A program made the position numbers and the translations under genes. From the NCBI GenBank assembly GCA_964270895.1, contig OZ185441.1: DNA of 64,000 bases, one strand, 5' to 3'. The stretch is from Podarcis filfolensis. Taxonomy: Eukaryota. The notes below the pieces were generated by a model. It searched no databases and was not told where the DNA came from. It worked only from the letters and a program-made list of their open reading frames with translations. Of this stretch, positions 58,193 to 64,000 are shown one piece after another. The stretch's first letter is position 1. Each line of letters starts with the position of its first letter.

Positions 58193-61132
58193 GATTTCCT
58201 ATACTCAATATATCTATTCAGCATGTCAGAGGTTATTTCGTCAGCTTCCTTCACTTTAACTAACTCTTTACTCAGAGGGAAAGGTGACACATGGCTAATA
58301 CATTCCTTTTGGGCCTTTCTCTCTCTCTCTCGATTAAACAAACCAAAAGCAAACCCTTTTTAATCAGAATTTCAAGGAAAAATCAATTGCTTTTTTCAAA
58401 TCTGTTTCACTTGTCTGCTTCTTTCCACATCCCCACTATATGCCACATTTTCCTGTGTCAAGTGTTCAAGCTATTACTTCTGAAAATAAGTGGGGACTTA
58501 AGAAAGTTGTGCCAGTTGTGAGCATGGCAATATAATGACTCTTCTTCTAATCATTTATAAGTTGCTTAGTTTGCCTTAAGTAGGATTATATTGGCAGTCC
58601 TAAAACGCATATCTAAAGTCATTAATTTAATCTTACAGTACAGCATAATATTGAAAAAAATAATGATTGAAATTCTGCTCCCTGCTGACATGTAATAAAA
58701 GCTTCAGCAAGTTGGATTCAACCCCAAAGCATCTGGAATTCCAGGTTTATCTTTCAAGCAGGTTAGAGACTTAATAGGGGCCCTGATTTCAAAAAGTCTG
58801 TGTGTCGTCGTCCCCCCCTTATCTCTTACACCAAGGCTGCTATATGGGCAGTTGGCCCAATTCTAGCCACACCATCCACTGCTTGGTTTGACCATTAGCT
58901 GGTCTGGTTTCCAATTTTTCCTTAAAGAAAAAGAAAAACTATCCAGTTCTTATCGAAGCAGAAAGATGAGGGGAAATGTGCAGGTGGTATTCTGCTCTAT
59001 CATTTTGTGAGAAACAACCCCACTGCAACTTTCCACTGTCCAGTGAAAGAAGCCTTAACTACGATTGACCTCTAGGGAAGCAGTGATATCCTTAGAAGCA
59101 AAAAGAAGTCTAGAGTCACACACTTGCTGTCTTAATAAAGGATTTCCTGGTTCATTTTAAAGACATGTTTCTTGAATATTGTCATGATTGGACATGACTA
59201 TATCTATCTACAAACAAAACGTAGCAGCTAAGACTGGACTTTGCTCTTTCTAACTTGGGTTTTATTTCATCTAAATGATTTTTAAATTGCCCTATCAAGG
59301 CTAATGGGAATGAAGGCCATTGGTGTTATTCCAAATTTGCCAGTTGGGTGGGAGAGGCAAGAGAGTGGCCTGTTAGCCCTGCAAAATAGTCTAGTGTTGT
59401 TATAAGCTATGTTACAAAGACAGAGGATTCAAAGAGAGTAGTGTGCAAGAACCAAGTGGGGGAGTCCCATATTGTTATCTATTCTCCTGGTGTTTTGTTT
59501 GCGTTTTTTTAGGAATATGAAGTTGGGGAGGAGATAGTGAAGTTGATCATATCCACTGGTGTTGGGGGAATGAAGTGCTAGGCAAGGGACACTGTTGCTT
59601 CTTTGAAAGCACTAAAAGAATGAGAGAGAGGAATCTGTACAACAAGTATTAAAAATACAATTCTTGCTTTATTTTCTGGTACCCAAAGGTAATTTTTTTG
59701 TATAATGCCATACTGGTTTCCTTCTTCCCACCACCACAGGAGCTTGTGTGATTTTGACAAGCCACAAATTGATGCTGAAATCCCATTTTGAGAACATAAA
59801 TGTTGTTGAAAAGTAACAGTAGGTGAAAACTGTTGTGTGTTTTTATGCAAGATTCCTGTCCGCAGCTACAGTGATGCACAGATTGCTTTTTGCCAGCATC
59901 TGTGTGTCAAAAATGCAGTAGGTTTATGTTTGAATTCCAGTATCATTGTAATAATGCACTGCAACATAAGAAGTGGGTATATTTATGCCAGAGCGCTTCG
60001 CTTTCTAGCTACCAAAAGATACTTAAGATAATACATTGTGAACTTGCCTCATGTCCATTATTGCTGCATTCTGCTTTTTCCCCTTCTGTATGCCCATATC
60101 TATAAATTGAGGGCAATAAAACAAGAAGGGAAGGTGACTTGAACAGAAATGGAAGGAAACCTGTGCCGAACTGGATTGCACATGGGTTAGAGCTTTCTGT
60201 CGAACCTAATCTATAGTTGTGGTGGTGAAGAAAGAGTTCTCCTTCACTAGCATTGCCTCTTTTTAGTGTTGTGCAGCAGAGCTTTTTTTGTAGGTTAGAG
60301 GCTTTCCATAATCCATGTGCTTGAACCCTTGGTGGCACATTTTGGCATATTTGTAAGGTTAAAATTGCTTGCATCCATTATGACTTGGACTCCACATTTC
60401 ATACAGTTTCATTAGAAGTAGCTATTTTCCTCTTTGTTTTCCTCATCCATGAATTACCTCATTTGTTTTTCCCCTTAATATTTTCCTTAATGTTCTTTCT
60501 TTCTTTTTTCATAACTATGTTTGATTTACACACACACACATTTATATAGCAAAATATATATTTATGCATTTCTCTCTCTCTTGTATACCCACCATGCCCA
60601 TGATGTGTATTTTTTTTATTTTTATTAATTAAGAAGAAAAATAAAAACAAAATTATATATATGTCATGGCAAAAGCAAGCCAGGTAAAGGTACAGGAACA
60701 TGAGGGAAGATTGACAGAAAGACAGGCAGACACAATTAGGAAAGAATTCAGGGCAGGAAGCAAGCCTCAAAAAGGAAAGGAAGAGGTTCTAAAAGCATAA
60801 ATTGTTCAGGCATCTTTAAGTTGGAAAAGAGGAAATTCCATTTTAAAAAACATACCATTATGAGCTTTCTTTAAAATAATAGTCCAGAATTACCATATCT
60901 CTATCAACATTAATCATCTCCAACTATATTAATGTTTTTGGAATTCAGATATTCTTATGTGATAATTTCCTTATTGGGATCATAAAAACCCTCCTGTACA
61001 GGAAAAAAATGTTAATTTTGGTGACATAACTTCTGCCCTTTTCTTTCAAAGATCAAGATATGCTTTATTTTAAAAACAGAATCATCACCCTTTTGAAGGG
61101 GATGAGTATATTGTACATCTGGGAGCAGAGAA

Positions 61133-61569
61133 TAGGGATGAGTGAATATGTCAATTTTGATTTCTCTTAGTTTTTCATTTTTTACAAATGTTAAATTCAG
61201 TTTTCACATTTCCACATCAGTTCACTTTTTTTTAAGTTCTCACGAAGATTCAACAGCATTTTTGTGTAAATTTCTCTTAATCCATACATTTTGTATGTAT
61301 TTTTGCCAGATATACACATTATTTAGACATACTTTTCCCCAGTACAATGTATTTTTGCATTTTATTTTCCCTCATATATGCATTTACATGCACATTTCCC
61401 CAAACATACACATTTCATACACATTAATGGGCCGCAGAACTGCATTGTAAAATTCAGGGAAGTGCAAATGTCAATGGAAGGCTGTGTTTTATTTCACGTA
61501 TTGTTTCAGAAAGTGTTAAGTAAATTTGCCTTTAAATGCAGACTGAATTTCATTTCTCCTTCATCTCTC
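61133..61569. mobile_element. AT-rich non-autonomous DNA element (hAT-like), about 440 bp
   Basis: Imperfect termini tagggatgagtgaa / ttctccttcatctct, with internal T-rich, loosely periodic subrepeats (tacacatt, tttgca). Resembles a common squamate MITE (recalled). No TSD recovered. Confidence 0.55.
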
Positions 61570-64000
61570 ATGGTAAATGGAATCAACTTTGGTTCACACA
61601 ACCACTGTATTCAGTATAATTCTCCATTAGAGAAACGCCTTGAAATTTGTTCATAGATGGTTCCTCACACTGGTGCAAATGGCACATATTCACAACTCAG
61701 GGAGTACGTCACACTGGAGACACTGTGGAGCCGTAGGGACTTATTGGTACCTATAGTGGACCCGCCAATTTGTGGACTACCAACTTGTGACGGGCTTTCC
61801 CCAGTTCTTAATTAAGGAGGCATTAGCATGTTTCATCATATGACACGATCTTGTATACATGGCCTATCTGTTCTTTCCTACTTTTGATTACAACATAAAC
61901 TTATTGACAGTGCTATTGTAATCACAGCTACTTGAATTCAGTGGGGTTTACTCCCAGGTAAGTAGGGTTAAAATTGCTCCCTTAATTAAGAAAACTAAAT
62001 TGGAGCATCCAAAACTTAAAATTTGAATCAGTGCTATCAATTGCATTTGATTTCCCCCACAATCACTGTAGTTCTCTTTTGAAAACCACTGTTTGATATT
62101 CAGGAGGCATTCCATGAGCACCTTGCTCTATCTAATTGTATAAAAGGAGTCTGAGTCTTTTTGTTTTTACTCCTGTGCAATCACTTTCATTGTCTTTAGC
62201 TTGCTAGTGAATTGGGTCATTTTGTTTTGGTATATGAATGGCATTTTCATTATATTGAAGTGTTGTGTTCTGCAGAGCTCACTAGCAAAATGGAAGTCTT
62301 TAAATTCAGTTGTCCAATAATTGCATAATCTGTGTACTGTCTTGCAGAAATTCATCCTGCATATTATAATGACAGTGATGGTGTTCTATTAATCTGCCCA
62401 GCAGTACTTTAATGTGATCCCCTAATTTAGACGTTTAGCAGACGTGCCAGGAAACAAATGTTTCCTATATCTTGATCAATATTGATAGATAAAGACTGAG
62501 TAGTGTTCTAGGCATCATTTTACCTTTTTCTTCTTCTAAGCTTGACAGTGAAAATGCCAGACAGATGCGTCCTGAAAGATAACAACATCTTTCTCCAAAA
62601 GGGGAAAGTTGGTCTCACTGTAAAATAATGCAAACCGAAAAGAAAATGCTATTTAGTCTCAAACTGGGCCTTTCTGAGAATGATGACTATGAGCTATTGA
62701 GATTTTATCCAACTGAAGTGAATAAGAGACACACAACATTGAATTGGAGCTGCATGGCCCTGAAATGATTATATTTATGCAGGAGAAGTCCATAATGGAT
62801 ATTGTTCTTTTGTGTACTCCATAGCTGGATTGCAAAAGCAGCATCAGCATCTCTAAGTGCCTGTGAGTGGGAAAATATAGTAAACCCACAATGGAAAGTC
62901 CTGGGTCCAGTAGGTGTTAGAATTTAATCAGCACTTGGGGAGCTAAACTGGATGCCAGATTCCTAATCCCTGGACCCAGCTTTCTGTGTTCAGGAGATCA
63001 CCTGGGAAGTGGGCCATTAAAAGAACAAAAGAAAGATAATGGACCCTTAAGAAAGCCAAAGACAGGGGGCTTTGTGCCAGATGACAATTGGTTGGGGCTG
63101 CTCCTCCCGCTCAGAGATAGCCAGAGTTTAGAGTTGATGGTAGGCTGTGATGTGACCTAGAGGGAAACAGGTTGCAAGCTGGTAAAGGCAGCAAGCTGAA
63201 AAGTCAGAGAGGTGGAGCACAATGTTGGATGTCTCTTTGAATCCAAGGTTGCAGCTGACTCTTTGGGGATATTGATGCAGTGAACCTGTCCATCTTAGGC
63301 TCAGGTTGTGTATGTGTGTAAATAGGCCATATATCCTAAAGACAGCCCAGTCTCTGCTGTGCCTCATTTTCAGAATGAAACATGAACCCTGGCTGAGTGC
63401 CTGGAACCCCTGGAATCTCACACCGCTATGAGATTGGGGTGGCGTGTAACAATATAGTGACTTATGTACATATGTATGATGTATCTGGAAATTAAATACA
63501 CTTAGGTTTGAAGATTATTTTAGTTGTGAATTATTATGTTGAGGTTTGTATTAATTATGCATATATTTCTAGAAGTGGTAATGGAATATGCATTTGGTAT
63601 ATTTTCCTTTATTATACTAAAGTAATTTTCAAAACGTGTACTGTGATGCTTAGTGGTAATTATGGACATTGAAGTTGGCAAATTATAAGTAATTAGAGCA
63701 GGTTTCCATAGTAATTCCTGTGTTCTGAGTCTTTTGATTATTTGGCCATATTTTTGGAAAAGACAATCAAAAGAGGCAATCTTTGGGATGCATAAAAAAT
63801 GAAATTATATATATTTACACTTGTTTAATCTTAAATCAAAATACGGTTTTCTAGAACTTCCAGCATTATTATAGCATTATGCTATTGTAGAAAACAGAAG
63901 CGACAGAAAGGGAGTGGAAATCAGTAAAACATTACAGAATTTAAAATAAAGCAGATAGTCTGAGGCCTTGGTTGTCATTTTTAGGTCACTGCTGACATCT

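Larger units (their letters stand above)
1..64000 (+). other. CDKAL1: CDKAL1 gene, internal portion (4 coding exons plus introns; both gene ends lie outside the window)
   Basis: The four exons join in frame to ...[20 protein letters not shown]...[48 protein letters not shown]..[22 protein letters not shown]...[10 protein letters not shown]..[21 protein letters not shown], the radical-SAM core of MtaB/CDKAL1. Introns: 4014-12578, 12725-26117, 26299-28815 and 28879 to beyond 64000. Confidence 0.95.

Noticed and set aside
61955-61963. CAG/GTAAGT recursive-splice-like motif in the long intron
   Set aside because: The polypyrimidine tract is very short and the motif is part of a dispersed ~80-bp repeat.
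28879-64000. Next CDKAL1 exon (start of the TRAM domain, about IGERQQVLVTEESFD)
   Set aside because: Searched by eye and not found. Presumed downstream of the window, although a diverged copy cannot be fully excluded.

Overview
Eukaryotic (vertebrate) genomic DNA, almost certainly from a squamate reptile and probably a lacertid lizard, judging by the SINE content. The whole window lies inside one + strand gene, CDKAL1 (tRNA-Lys(UUU) t6A37 methylthiotransferase, MtaB-type radical SAM enzyme). Four internal coding exons were spliced by hand: 3847-4013, 12579-12724, 26118-26298 and 28816-28878 (557 nt, GT-AG junctions, one continuous frame). The next expected exon was not found, so 28879-64000 is part of one intron of more than 35 kb. 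The introns hold tRNA-derived SINEs, several intact hAT and Tc1/mariner MITEs with TIRs and TSDs, decayed L2 LINE fragments, microsatellites and candidate enhancer motif clusters. The most notable items are: (1) a ~1.1 kb polyadenylated, TSD-flanked retroposon with no detectable RT or endonuclease ORF (56020-57178); (2) a double-palindrome motif block at 14788-14852; (3) a complementary GAA/CTT repeat pair bracketing a 390-nt exon block that would be stop-free if circularised. No prokaryotic-type system (CRISPR, operon, prophage) is present. Repeat family names come from recalled resemblance, not database searches.
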